64,000 bases of DNA, from NCBI GenBank assembly GCA_963768175.1, contig CAVYGQ010000001.1, positions 382,305-446,304 on the forward strand, given 5' to 3'. Position numbers and translations under genes: made by a program. Within the stretch, counting starts at the first letter, position 1; each line of letters begins with the position of its first letter. The notes under the pieces are model-generated. The model was not told where the DNA came from and searched no databases. It worked only from the letters and a program-made list of their open reading frames with translations. This document shows positions 43,838 to 52,152 of the stretch, in pieces. This DNA is from Candidatus Doudnabacteria bacterium (GTDB lineage Bacteria > Patescibacteriota > Doudnabacteria > UBA920).

Positions 43838-44585
43838 CTATAAAAATTTATGGGTCTTGTCTAGGAAATTTTGGTATAATTCCTAGAAAGGCTTATGAAA
43901 TGGAGCAAACTAAGCAAATTTAAGATTAAAAAGATTTTACGATGTTTTGCCGATGAGTTGACCTCGACCCAAACAGCTAAACAGCTCCATTTGAACAGGC
44001 ACACTTCTGACAGCTACTACCAGTATTTCAGAGAACAGATTGCAGACTATGAGGAAAAGAATCTTAAACAGCAGTCAGGTAATATTGAGATCGACGAGTT
44101 CTTATTTCGGCAGCAGGCACTTTGGAGACAAGCGGGGCAGGGGTGCCAAGTGGCGGATTCCAGTCATCGGGATATTAAAGCGGAAGGGTATAGTCTACGC
44201 TAATGTGATTCCCGATGCTTCCCGTAAGAGCCTTATGCCTATTATCGAAAAGCTGGTTAAGAAGTCTAAAAGTAATCTGTATACGGACAAATGGCGGAGT
44301 TATGACGGGCTAGTTTTTAAAGGCTACAAACACTACCGGATTAACCATTCTAAGGAGTTTGTCAGGAACCACAACCACATTAATGGTATCGAGAGCTTCT
44401 GGTCCTACACCAAGCGCAAGATGAGGAAACACAACGGCATTAGGAGGGACAAATTCTACTGGTACTTAAAGGAATCAGAGTTTCGGTTCAACCATCGGCA
44501 TCAGGATATGTACAAATCAATGTTAAAAATCATTAAAGTGTAGAAAATCTTCTATACAAGACCCAAATTTATAATAGGAAATAAT
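43838..44585. mobile_element. small IS1595-family insertion sequence
   Basis: Terminal inverted repeats ATAAATTTATGGGTCTTGTCTAG (left, about 43844-43866) and CTATACAAGACCCAAATTTAT (right, about 44553-44573). The interior encodes an ISXO2-like DDE transposase in two frames. Confidence 0.7.
43895..44543 (+). pseudogene. IS1595-family (ISXO2-like DDE) transposase, split by a +1 frame change near 44100
   Basis: Frame 1 carries IEIDEFLF. The next frame continues GSRHFGDKRGRGAKWRIPVIG...TDKWRSYDGL...NGIESFWSYTKRKM...FRFNHR. The junction is TTT CGG. This is either a decayed copy or a programmed +1 shift. Confidence 0.7.
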
Positions 44586-44587
44586 TT

Positions 44588-45025
44588 ATGGACGAATCCG
44601 GACGACCAAGACAAGTATTTAGCGGAATAGAGTGTGACGACGCGCAACGCGAAAAGCTTAAATCGGCGTTGCGGGAAATCCAGGCTGAGCACGGGATGGG
44701 CCGAGAACTTAGCTATGAGGATTTCAAAGACGGTTTAAAAAAGCGCGACCTCAGCATTGGTGCCGCTTGTAGTTATTTTCTTGACCTGGAAGGTTTAAGG
44801 GCGGTCGCCAATCCGGAATATAAAAAAATCGAGCTTGATTTAAAAAAATTGATAGAGTTTATAAAAAGTTTTTATGCTCAAAACCATAATGTCCCAACAT
44901 ATAAACAGGCGGCTGAAGGGTTGGGATTGCCAGTAAACAAATTTGGAAGCCTACTCCAAAATAAAAGGACTAACTATACTGCCCTGTGCATGCGGCTTGG
45001 GCTCAAAAAATTAAAGGGAGAGTAA
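44588..45025 (+). CDS. hypothetical HTH-like protein, member 3 of the paralog family
   Basis: 145 aa; LKKLIEFIKSFYAQNHNVPTYKQAAEGLGLPVNKFGSLLQNK is a classic HTH pattern. Confidence 0.4.
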   Translation: MDESGRPRQVFSGIECDDAQREKLKSALREIQAEHGMGRELSYEDFKDGLKKRDLSIGAACSYFLDLEGLRAVANPEYKKIELDLKKLIEFIKSFYAQNHNVPTYKQAAEGLGLPVNKFGSLLQNKRTNYTALCMRLGLKKLKGE

Positions 45026-45044
45026 ATTATTGTTTTTTCTTTTG

Positions 45045-45569
45045 CTAAAATACCAATTTTGCTATTACCTCCCCGCGGAAACCGCGGGATTTTAATTTTT
45101 GCGCGGTTTTTTGTTTTTGTTTGCTTTGTTCTTCGTTGAATGTATTATAAGTATTATCCGTTGCGTCCGCATCGGGCGATGCGGACGCAACAACGCCTTC
45201 TTTTTTTAAATACCGTTTGGCAATTTTTAATTCTTCCTCTTTAGACAGACCTTCGTCTAAAATTTTCTCAATGAGGGCAGGCGGCAGCTTTTTCATCAGA
45301 AATTTCTTTTTAATCCCAAAATAACCCAAATTTTTGTATTGCTTTAAATTATCCAAAAAAACTTCCACGTAGCGTTCGTCATCCAAATATTTTTGTTGAT
45401 GAAGTTGCCCCAATACGTTCTCAATGATGGCCGGCGGATATCCCCGCTTTTCCATCTTTTCCCTTATCTCGCCCACTGTCCGCAGCTGAAGCGACAGCAA
45501 AAACACGGCATACTCGTATGCTTTTTCTTTATTTTCGGGCTCTTTGGTTTTAGAAGGTTTTTTGAACAT
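45045..45569 (-). CDS. recX: RecX family regulator
   Basis: Three-repeat helical pattern AYEYAVFLLSLQLRTVGEIREKMEKRGY...YLDDERYVEVFLD...GYFGIKKKFLMKKL, typical of RecX. Confidence 0.65.
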   Translation of the reverse strand: MFKKPSKTKEPENKEKAYEYAVFLLSLQLRTVGEIREKMEKRGYPPAIIENVLGQLHQQKYLDDERYVEVFLDNLKQYKNLGYFGIKKKFLMKKLPPALIEKILDEGLSKEEELKIAKRYLKKEGVVASASPDADATDNTYNTFNEEQSKQKQKTAQKLKSRGFRGEVIAKLVF

Positions 45570-45665
45570 TAATCTTACTGTCTTTACTAACTACTAATCT
45601 TTACGAATATACTAATATGCAATTTCAGAATTAGTATATTAGTATTATTTCGTAGTTAGTAAAGT

Positions 45666-45692
45666 TTATCACTCTATTGACACGAGTGATAA
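45666..45692. promoter_or_regulatory. CIRCE-like inverted repeat TTATCACTC-N9-GAGTGATAA overlapping the clpC -35
   Basis: The CIRCE consensus is TTAGCACTC-N9-GAGTGCTAA. Each arm here differs by one symmetric position. Confidence 0.5.
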
Positions 45693-45704
45693 TTTTGTTA
45701 TAAT
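45677..45704 (+). promoter_or_regulatory. sigma70 promoter of clpC (TTGACA-16-TATAAT)
   Basis: TTGACA at 45677-45682 and TATAAT at 45699-45704. Confidence 0.6.
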
Positions 45705-45743
45705 CTACATATATGAGATAATCTAAGTGTAGCAGATCTCTAA

Positions 45744-45770
45744 CCACTGTCCACTAAACACTACTCACTA
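45744..45770. repeat. solo copy of the CACTACTCACTA motif (family E)
   Basis: ccactgtccactaaacactactcacta; 19 nt are identical to the right IR of the four-helix-bundle cassette. It lies directly upstream of the clpC start. Confidence 0.55.
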
Positions 45771-45775
45771 TCAAA

Positions 45776-48331
45776 ATGACGAATTTCACTTACATTTTAG
45801 AACGCCTGTCCTCCCGCGCCAAAAACGCCCTTATTATGGCGCAGTTGGTGAGCGAAGAGCTAAAGCACGACCATATTGGCACGGAGCATCTTTTGTACGG
45901 CGTAATTTCCGAAAAAAGCTCTTTTGCCGCGGAAATCTTGACCAAAACCAAACTCACGCCGGAAATAATCAAGCAGGAACTGACGCTGGTAAACAGCAAT
46001 AACACGGTCAATTCCTGGAAGCCAGTGCTGTCGGAAAACCTAAAATTAGTCATAGAAAAATCGGCGATAGTTGCCAGCCAGTACGGCTACCAGTTTATTG
46101 GCACCGAACATTTCTTGTTCGGCTTGCTCACCGTGCCGCAAAACAAAGCCAAGGTAATTTTATCCAAACTGGGCATAGATATTTTGGAACTGGAACAAAA
46201 CCTGACAAACGTTTTTGAAAACATTTCCAAATTCCCGGAAATGCCCATGGGCGCGGAAATGCCCGGCGGGCATAATTTTGAAGGGCCGGGCTTTGGACCT
46301 TCGCCCAAAATGCCCGACGCCAAAAAAGGCGGACTGCTGGAATTTTTTACCACCGATTTAACCAAAAAAGCCAAAGATGGCCTAGTAGACCCGGTCATTG
46401 GGCGCAAACATGAAATCGAGCGGTTAATTAGCATCTTAAACCGCCGCACCAAAAACAATCCCCTGCTCATTGGCGAGGCCGGCGTGGGCAAAACCGCCAT
46501 TGTGGAAGGTCTGGCCTTGGCCATTACCAAACGCGAAGTGCCGGACTCGCTGCTAGACAGAAAAATTCTCGCACTGGATTTGGCTTTAATCGTGGCAGGC
46601 AGCATGTTTCGCGGCGAATTTGAAAACCGGCTCAAGCAGATTATTGATGAAGTTAAAAACGATAAAAACGTGATTTTATTTATAGACGAACTCCACACCA
46701 TGGTCGGCGCCGGCGCCACTACGGGCAGCTTGGATGCGGCCAACATACTTAAGCCGGCGCTGGCCAGGGGCGAACTTAAAGCCATCGGCGCTACCACCCT
46801 AAAAGAATATAAAGAACACATAGAAAAAGACGCGGCCTTAGAACGGCGCTTCCAGCCAATTATAGTGGAAGAGCCGAGCAAGGAAGAAACCGTAGCCATA
46901 CTACAAGGCCTTAGGCAGAATTACGAAAAACACCATAATGTAACCATTACCGACGAAGCCATAAAATCAGCCGTTGAACTTTCATCGCGCTATATCCAAG
47001 ATAGATATTTACCTGACAAGGCCGTAGATTTGATAGACGAAACCGCCGCGTTTTTACGCTCCATAAATTCCAACAGCAAACTGCTTAGAGCAACCAAAAA
47101 AATTGAAAGCGATTTAAGCTCGCTAGAAGAAGAAAAAACCAAAGCGGTTCTGGCGCAGGATTTTACCACGGCCCTGCACTTAAGGACCCAGGAAGAAAAA
47201 CTGCTTAAGCAAAAAGAACAGCTGGCCAAAGGCCTGGCCGCGGAAGAAAAAACCCCGACCCACGTGGTTGTCTCCGAAGACATTGCCCATACGGTTTCCA
47301 TGATGACCAAAATTCCGCTGGCCAAACTCGCCAAAACGGAAATCGGCAAGCTCGCTAATTTGGAAAAAGTCTTAAAAGCCAAAGTCGTGGGGCAAAACGA
47401 AGCCGTGGATGAAATCGCCAAAGCCATTCGCAGGAGCCGCGCCGGCATTGCCGACCCCAGGCGCCCGCTCGGCTCGTTTATTTTTTTGGGTCCCACCGGC
47501 GTGGGCAAAACCGAAACCGCCAAAGTTTTGGCCTCCGAAGTCTTTGAAGACGAGGACGCCTTAATTAGGGTGGATATGTCCGAATTTATGGAGCGGCACA
47601 ATGTGGCACGTTTAATTGGCGCGCCGGCCGGCTACGTGGGCTACGGCGAAGGCGGCAGGCTGACCGAAGCCGTGCGCCGCAAGCCTTACTCGGTTGTGCT
47701 CTTTGACGAAATAGAAAAAGCCAATCCGGACGTTTTTAATATTTTTCTGCAAATTTTGGAAGAGGGCCAGCTTACGGATTCCGAAGGCAAAAAAGTCAGT
47801 TTCCGCAACACCGTGGTAATTATGACCTCTAATTTAGGCATGCAAGAGCTGACCAACCAAGCCGCAAAGATTGGATTTGCCGATAAAACGGAAAAACTTG
47901 ATCAAAAAGACAGGTTGCAAAAAGAATACGAAAAAATTAAAGACAGCATTACCGAAGAGCTGAAAAAAGAATTCCGCCCCGAATTTTTAAACAGGATAGA
48001 CAAAATTATAATCTTTAGGCCATTAGGTTTTAATGAGCTGAAAACAATAACCCAACTGCAAATTGCTCAACTGCAAACCCGCCTGCTTGAACAAAACGTC
48101 CAGCTTAAAGTTTCCCCGGCGGTAATTAAATTCGTGGCTGAAAAAAGCTTTGACCCGGCCCAAGGCGCCCGCTTTGTCCGCAGAAATATCCAAAACCTGA
48201 TTGAAGACCCGCTGGCGGAAAAAATCATTTCCGGCCAAACTCCGGACGGCGCCAAAATCAGCGCCGACGTAAAAAACGACAAAATTTCCTTTAGCCTGCA
48301 CCGTCTGGAAAAAATCCCTGCGCTAGTTTAG
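45776..48331 (+). CDS. clpC: ATP-dependent Clp protease ATP-binding subunit ClpC-like (class I Hsp100)
   Basis: Duplicated Clp_N repeats, two AAA modules (GEAGVGKTA and GPTGVGKTE), a short middle domain, and a ClpP-docking IGF loop (KIGFADK). 851 aa. Confidence 0.85.
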   Translation: MTNFTYILERLSSRAKNALIMAQLVSEELKHDHIGTEHLLYGVISEKSSFAAEILTKTKLTPEIIKQELTLVNSNNTVNSWKPVLSENLKLVIEKSAIVASQYGYQFIGTEHFLFGLLTVPQNKAKVILSKLGIDILELEQNLTNVFENISKFPEMPMGAEMPGGHNFEGPGFGPSPKMPDAKKGGLLEFFTTDLTKKAKDGLVDPVIGRKHEIERLISILNRRTKNNPLLIGEAGVGKTAIVEGLALAITKREVPDSLLDRKILALDLALIVAGSMFRGEFENRLKQIIDEVKNDKNVILFIDELHTMVGAGATTGSLDAANILKPALARGELKAIGATTLKEYKEHIEKDAALERRFQPIIVEEPSKEETVAILQGLRQNYEKHHNVTITDEAIKSAVELSSRYIQDRYLPDKAVDLIDETAAFLRSINSNSKLLRATKKIESDLSSLEEEKTKAVLAQDFTTALHLRTQEEKLLKQKEQLAKGLAAEEKTPTHVVVSEDIAHTVSMMTKIPLAKLAKTEIGKLANLEKVLKAKVVGQNEAVDEIAKAIRRSRAGIADPRRPLGSFIFLGPTGVGKTETAKVLASEVFEDEDALIRVDMSEFMERHNVARLIGAPAGYVGYGEGGRLTEAVRRKPYSVVLFDEIEKANPDVFNIFLQILEEGQLTDSEGKKVSFRNTVVIMTSNLGMQELTNQAAKIGFADKTEKLDQKDRLQKEYEKIKDSITEELKKEFRPEFLNRIDKIIIFRPLGFNELKTITQLQIAQLQTRLLEQNVQLKVSPAVIKFVAEKSFDPAQGARFVRRNIQNLIEDPLAEKIISGQTPDGAKISADVKNDKISFSLHRLEKIPALV

Positions 48332-48359
48332 CTTCCTTATTGTAATCATCACAAACCAG

Positions 48360-48398
48360 CCCCGCCCCGAGCGAAGTCGAGGGGCGGGGTTTAATTTT
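48360..48398 (+). terminator. intrinsic terminator CCCCGCCCC-gagcgaagtcga-GGGGCGGGG + T-rich tail
   Basis: 9-bp GC stem followed by tttaatttt. Confidence 0.7.
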
Positions 48399-48404
48399 CT
48401 CTTG

Positions 48405-48433
48405 TTGACATCTTTTACAAAAAAAGGTATGCT
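48405..48433 (+). promoter_or_regulatory. sigma70 promoter P_E (TTGACA-17-TATGCT)
   Basis: TTGACA at 48405-48410 and TATGCT at 48428-48433. Confidence 0.55.
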
Positions 48434-48477
48434 TTAATGTTTTACAAGCCCCAACCAGGGGCAAACAAGGAGAGTAC

Positions 48478-48891
48478 ATGAAATCTTTCTCGATCTTGAC
48501 GGTAGTCTCCGTCCTGCTATGTGCCCTGCTGTTACAAGTACAGACAGCTCAAGCAGGAAAAGAAACGGGAGAAGGGAGGACTTTCCAGCTGGTACCGCTG
48601 GAAGACAGGAACGCTATCACCCCATACCCTTGTGGTGAATACTTCTTCGGGGCGAAAACCCCGAACGGGCAATTCATCCTCGGGTATGCCGTTAAGTATC
48701 CAAACGGCATCACGCACAACCACGTGCTTTTTAAAAAGCATGTGAGCACCAACATCGGCAAGGACGGGGAAGACCCGGCCGTCTGGGAAATGGAGAGCGG
48801 CATAGTCGTTCTCCGGATCTCAAAAAAGGACTACAGGAAGGCGAAAGCCTGCCTGCCAGAGCCAACAGACGATCGGTCCACGGCCCGCTGA
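48478..48891 (+). CDS. hypothetical secreted small protein (137 aa), GC-rich
   Basis: SD AAGGAGA 4 nt before the ATG; signal peptide MKSFSILTVVSVLLCALLLQVQTAQA; no recognisable domain; terminator at 48908-48976. Confidence 0.55.
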   Translation: MKSFSILTVVSVLLCALLLQVQTAQAGKETGEGRTFQLVPLEDRNAITPYPCGEYFFGAKTPNGQFILGYAVKYPNGITHNHVLFKKHVSTNIGKDGEDPAVWEMESGIVVLRISKKDYRKAKACLPEPTDDRSTAR

Positions 48892-48907
48892 CCCAGGACC
48901 ATACCCA

Positions 48908-48976
48908 CCGGCGCAACGATATCTTGTACAGATGTCTGTTGCGCCGGACGACCTTCTCCACGAGAGTGGATTTTTT
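48908..48976 (+). terminator. 10-bp stem hairpin (CCGGCGCAAC...GTTGCGCCGG) followed by TCCAC-gaga-GTGGA + T6
   Basis: Two consecutive hairpins; the second is a canonical intrinsic terminator. Confidence 0.65.
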
Positions 48977-49335
48977 ATTGGGTTTGTTGCTACTTTCACC
49001 CATTTTTGCTAACATACCAATTAAGTCCGACAGCCCCCTAAAAGGCGTTCCGGTGCAGGCTGGCCCCTCAAGCCATGTTTCCTGTCCAGATAATCGCACT
49101 TAAAAACGATGAATACCCGTTTACTGCGCTAGTTTGGGAACCGTGTCGTGGACGAGTTCGCAACCGTTGCGGCTTTAGAATTGGTAAGTCTTCGGCATTA
49201 GGCCGCAGACGGTTGCGCCCGCAGGGGAGGCGGGCACAAAACAGAGGACAAATCTAACTATTGGCGGCACCGCGCCATTGTTCGGCTGGCTCCAACGCAA
49301 CGCGGCCGTTCGGTGCAAACGGCCGCTTTTCTTTT
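48977..49335 (+). other. GC-rich structured non-coding stretch ending in an intrinsic terminator (candidate ncRNA)
   Basis: About 360 nt with no credible ORF and several GC stems (GTTGCGGC...GCCGCAGAC; GCCCGC-agggga-GGCGGGC). It ends with GCGGCCGTT-cggtgcaa-AACGGCCGC + TTTTCTTTT at 49300-49335. No tmRNA, RNase P, SRP or 6S signature was recognised. Confidence 0.3.
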
Positions 49336-49360
49336 GCCCTGATTTTGATAAAATTGAGAT

Positions 49361-50185
49361 ATGTACCAAACCTTAATTAAACCCCTGTTCTCCGACGTAA
49401 AAACTTTTGTCTTAGATACCCTCTTTCCAATTTCCTGCCTAAGTTGCGGCAAGGAGGGAGTTTTTACCCAGCACCACTTTTCAGACGATAACCAAAATTC
49501 TATCATTAAAAATACCGATTGTAGTATATCAACTGATAATCAAAATAGTACAAAAAGTGGTGCTGGGTTTATTTGCGCGGACTGCAAAGCTACGATGAAA
49601 AAACTGGAACACCAGCGCTGTATTGTCTGCCAAAAAAACACGCCGTTTGGCTTTACCCACCCTTACTGCCTAACTACTTTTGGCGCGGACGGGCTAATTA
49701 GTTTTTATGATTACCATGACGAAAAAGTAGCTAATATAATAATCAAAGGCAAATATAACTTTTTACCCGCCGTTTATTCCGAACTTGGCAAAATTATCGC
49801 CAATCAGTTAAAAACTAGCTACCCACTACTCACTACCCACTACTCACTTGTCCCCATTCCCCTTCACAGCTCCCGGCAGAGATGGCGCGGATTCAACCAG
49901 GCGGAAGTGCTATGCCAATCGCTAAGTGAAAACTTAGGCCTCGCGTGCATTAATGTACTAGTACGCTGTAAAATCACGAAAACGCAAAAAGATTTAAAAA
50001 AAGAAGGCCGGTTAAAAAATGTAGCAGATGCCTTTAAATTAAAATCCGGAACCGATGTCCACAGCAAAAACATCATCTTGGTAGACGATGTCACTACCAC
50101 CGGCGCCACACTTTTGGAAGCGGCCAAAGTCTTAAAACGCAACGGCGCGGCCAAAGTCATTTGCCTGACCGTTGCCAGGGATTAA
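49361..50185 (+). CDS. comFC: ComF family protein (phosphoribosyltransferase-domain competence protein)
   Basis: N-terminal CxxC...CxxC zinc ribbon (CLSCGKEG, CADCKATM) and a C-terminal PRTase motif ILVDDVTTTGATL. Confidence 0.8.
   Translation: MYQTLIKPLFSDVKTFVLDTLFPISCLSCGKEGVFTQHHFSDDNQNSIIKNTDCSISTDNQNSTKSGAGFICADCKATMKKLEHQRCIVCQKNTPFGFTHPYCLTTFGADGLISFYDYHDEKVANIIIKGKYNFLPAVYSELGKIIANQLKTSYPLLTTHYSLVPIPLHSSRQRWRGFNQAEVLCQSLSENLGLACINVLVRCKITKTQKDLKKEGRLKNVADAFKLKSGTDVHSKNIILVDDVTTTGATLLEAAKVLKRNGAAKVICLTVARD
49809..49838. repeat. family E motif CTACCCACTACTCACTACCCACTACTCACT embedded in-frame in comFC (encodes YPLLTTHYSL)
   Basis: A duplicated CCCACTACTCACT unit inside the coding sequence. 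Confidence 0.55.
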
Positions 50186-50213
50186 AAAAGGATGCTGCAT
50201 CTCCACAGCATCC
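50184..50213 (-). terminator. terminator hairpin GGATGCTG-catctcca-CAGCATCC with an A6/T6 tail, serving the minus-strand operon
   Basis: Read on the minus strand, the hairpin is followed by TTTTTT. Confidence 0.6.
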
Positions 50214-50285
50214 TATGGCGGCAAAGCCGCCGCAGTGATGCGATGATGCCAGCTTTTTACAGCCGGCTCCATCCCTTCACCCATA

Positions 50286-50456
50286 TTAGCGCCCTCTCTT
50301 TCTTTTATTCACCTCCTCTTTGACGGCGAAGATCGCCGCGACCGCTGTAGCGCCGACTACAAACGCTTTCACCGGGTTCCACCCTTTCCGCTTGGCCACC
50401 CAAGCAAAGATGAAACCGACCACCAAGGCGATTAGAATCGCCAACGCGTAGCCCAT
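50286..50456 (-). CDS. 56-aa small membrane protein MGYALAILIALVVGFIFAWVAKRKGWNPVKAFVVGATAVAAIFAVKEEVNKRKRGR (not in the ORF track)
   Basis: Strong SD GAAAGGGAGGAG 2 nt before the ATG. It lies 38 nt downstream of the 526-aa membrane protein gene. Two predicted TM helices; GC-rich. Confidence 0.55.
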   Translation of the reverse strand: MGYALAILIALVVGFIFAWVAKRKGWNPVKAFVVGATAVAAIFAVKEEVNKRKRGR

Positions 50457-50494
50457 AACTCCTCCCTTTCTGGGGTTCCAGCTATCGGCCTCTC

Positions 50495-51985
50495 CTACTT
50501 TGAGGCCAGATTTTGAGTTGATTCAGCCGTTCCCTCTTCGTCAAGGGAAATAACCAAAGGCGGAAATTGCCAATGGTTGAAGGTGAATCTGTCGGTCTTA
50601 CTGGCAAGCGGGCGGAATATGAGCTGAAACCTGTAGGCTCCGTAAAGCTCATGCACCGGAGGCTCACCTGTCCTGTTCTGGTATTCGCCGACATCTGCCA
50701 GTAGTCGGTACTTATGCCCCTTGTCGTCCAACAAGTAAGTCTGGGAATCGCCTGCTTTGGCCGAATAGAGGCTTTTCCTGCTCCCCCCAAAGTATTGACA
50801 GGCTACAGTCAGAAGCGTCCCCTTGTGCCCGATCCCCACCTGTTCAACCCACATACGGATGCCCTGGCCGGCGGCACCACCAACCGCACTGTTGGAAACA
50901 ACCGAAACTGGATTTGAAGTAAACCTCAGCCAGTTTGACGGCGTGTACTCAGCCGGCAATTGCGAATGCTGCAACTCTACAGGTGGGATATTGATTTGCA
51001 TCGCCAGGTCAGCGAACTGCGGGTGATGCAAAGTTAACGTCTTGACGGTGCTGACTTGCGGGATGGACGGGAAAACGAGCGCAAAACGGTAAAACTCACC
51101 GCGCGCCACCCACCGAGGTTGGTACTCCAAGGTTTTATTGTCTTCCGCCAGTCTGGTGGAAAACTCAGCCTTGTTTTCCATCAAGTCATACTTGTGACCG
51201 AGTTGGTCAGTCAGGTAGATACCACTATCGGGATACAGCCAGCCTGAACCAGGATAATCACCATCAACTGCAGTTCCTGCGCAAGCTGTATATACTAAGG
51301 TCATCCGGTCATTAACCTGGATCCCTTCTATCCACAAGTTTAGATAACCCTTGCTGCTTGGAAACCACTTGGGGCTCAAAACGAAGGGAACCCACACCAA
51401 CGGAGAGCTTTGGGCAGCCAGACGTTTTTGTTCATCCGCTTTCTTGACGATCTCCGCAGTGGCTTTTTTGAGCCGTGTCCCCGGATAGCGGGGATGGAAT
51501 TTGATGTGCGCTGGAAACAGCTCAATGGTGCCATCAGGCTGCTCATAATAGTTGAACAGCGATTCCCCGGTGTTCACATTCGCGATTTGTCCAGGATTGG
51601 GCTTGCTGACATCATACAAGACCAGGCACATCAAACAGTAAGCGACCGTAAAGACGACCACGAACTTGCGGTGCTTAAGAGTGAACAGGCTGGCCGTCAA
51701 CGCTCCTACCACAAAGTACCCGATGCCAGTCAGCAAACCGACTGTCGCTTTCAGCAGGTAGGTATCCTTAGACCATCCGGCATTCTCCAGTTCGGAGTAG
51801 ACTATGCCGTACAATCCTAACCAACCCACTATCACGACGATCACAACAACGATCCACGCGCCAACGATCACAAAACCGACAGAAGCAAACATCTGCGCGA
51901 AGGTCTTCTTAGCTTTCACCATGTAGCCGACCAGGAATCCGGCCAAAACAGCAGCCAAGATCCCAAAGAGGACTTGAAGTCCCAT
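50495..51985 (-). CDS. hypothetical GC-rich membrane protein with two repeated extracytoplasmic beta domains (DUF4352-like pattern)
   Basis: Start chosen at MGLQVLFGIL, 9 nt after AAGGAGG. It has 4 N-terminal TM helices, then two similar domains (LTDQLGHKYDLMEN and LLDDKGHKYRLLAD). About 52% GC. Confidence 0.5.
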   Translation of the reverse strand: MGLQVLFGILAAVLAGFLVGYMVKAKKTFAQMFASVGFVIVGAWIVVVIVVIVGWLGLYGIVYSELENAGWSKDTYLLKATVGLLTGIGYFVVGALTASLFTLKHRKFVVVFTVAYCLMCLVLYDVSKPNPGQIANVNTGESLFNYYEQPDGTIELFPAHIKFHPRYPGTRLKKATAEIVKKADEQKRLAAQSSPLVWVPFVLSPKWFPSSKGYLNLWIEGIQVNDRMTLVYTACAGTAVDGDYPGSGWLYPDSGIYLTDQLGHKYDLMENKAEFSTRLAEDNKTLEYQPRWVARGEFYRFALVFPSIPQVSTVKTLTLHHPQFADLAMQINIPPVELQHSQLPAEYTPSNWLRFTSNPVSVVSNSAVGGAAGQGIRMWVEQVGIGHKGTLLTVACQYFGGSRKSLYSAKAGDSQTYLLDDKGHKYRLLADVGEYQNRTGEPPVHELYGAYRFQLIFRPLASKTDRFTFNHWQFPPLVISLDEEGTAESTQNLASK

Positions 51986-52152
51986 GTTGTGTTTCCTCCT
52001 TTTCCTTTCTTTTACAAGACAACCCTCAGCCAGCAATTTGACTAGGGGTTGTTCTTGTGTTTCTGCCTTTAACATAAGAGCATTTTATGGTTTTGTCAAG
52101 CCTCTTTCAATTACCGCAACAAGGTTTGATATTTATAAAAATTGTCGGAATT

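Noticed and set aside
48977-49335. tmRNA, RNase P RNA, SRP RNA or 6S RNA in GC-rich non-coding stretches (also checked 11300-12800 and 55262-55497)
   Set aside because: No GGAAAGTCCGG (P4), no tRNA-like T arm plus CCA end with a tag reading frame, and no SRP domain IV motif were visible. Left as unclassified structured RNA candidates.
50482-50790. 102-aa minus-strand ORF overlapping the 3' end of the 526-aa membrane protein gene
   Set aside because: Off-frame overlap within a GC-rich gene and Arg/Thr/Gly-rich. The real small partner gene is the SD-preceded 56-aa ORF at 50286-50456.
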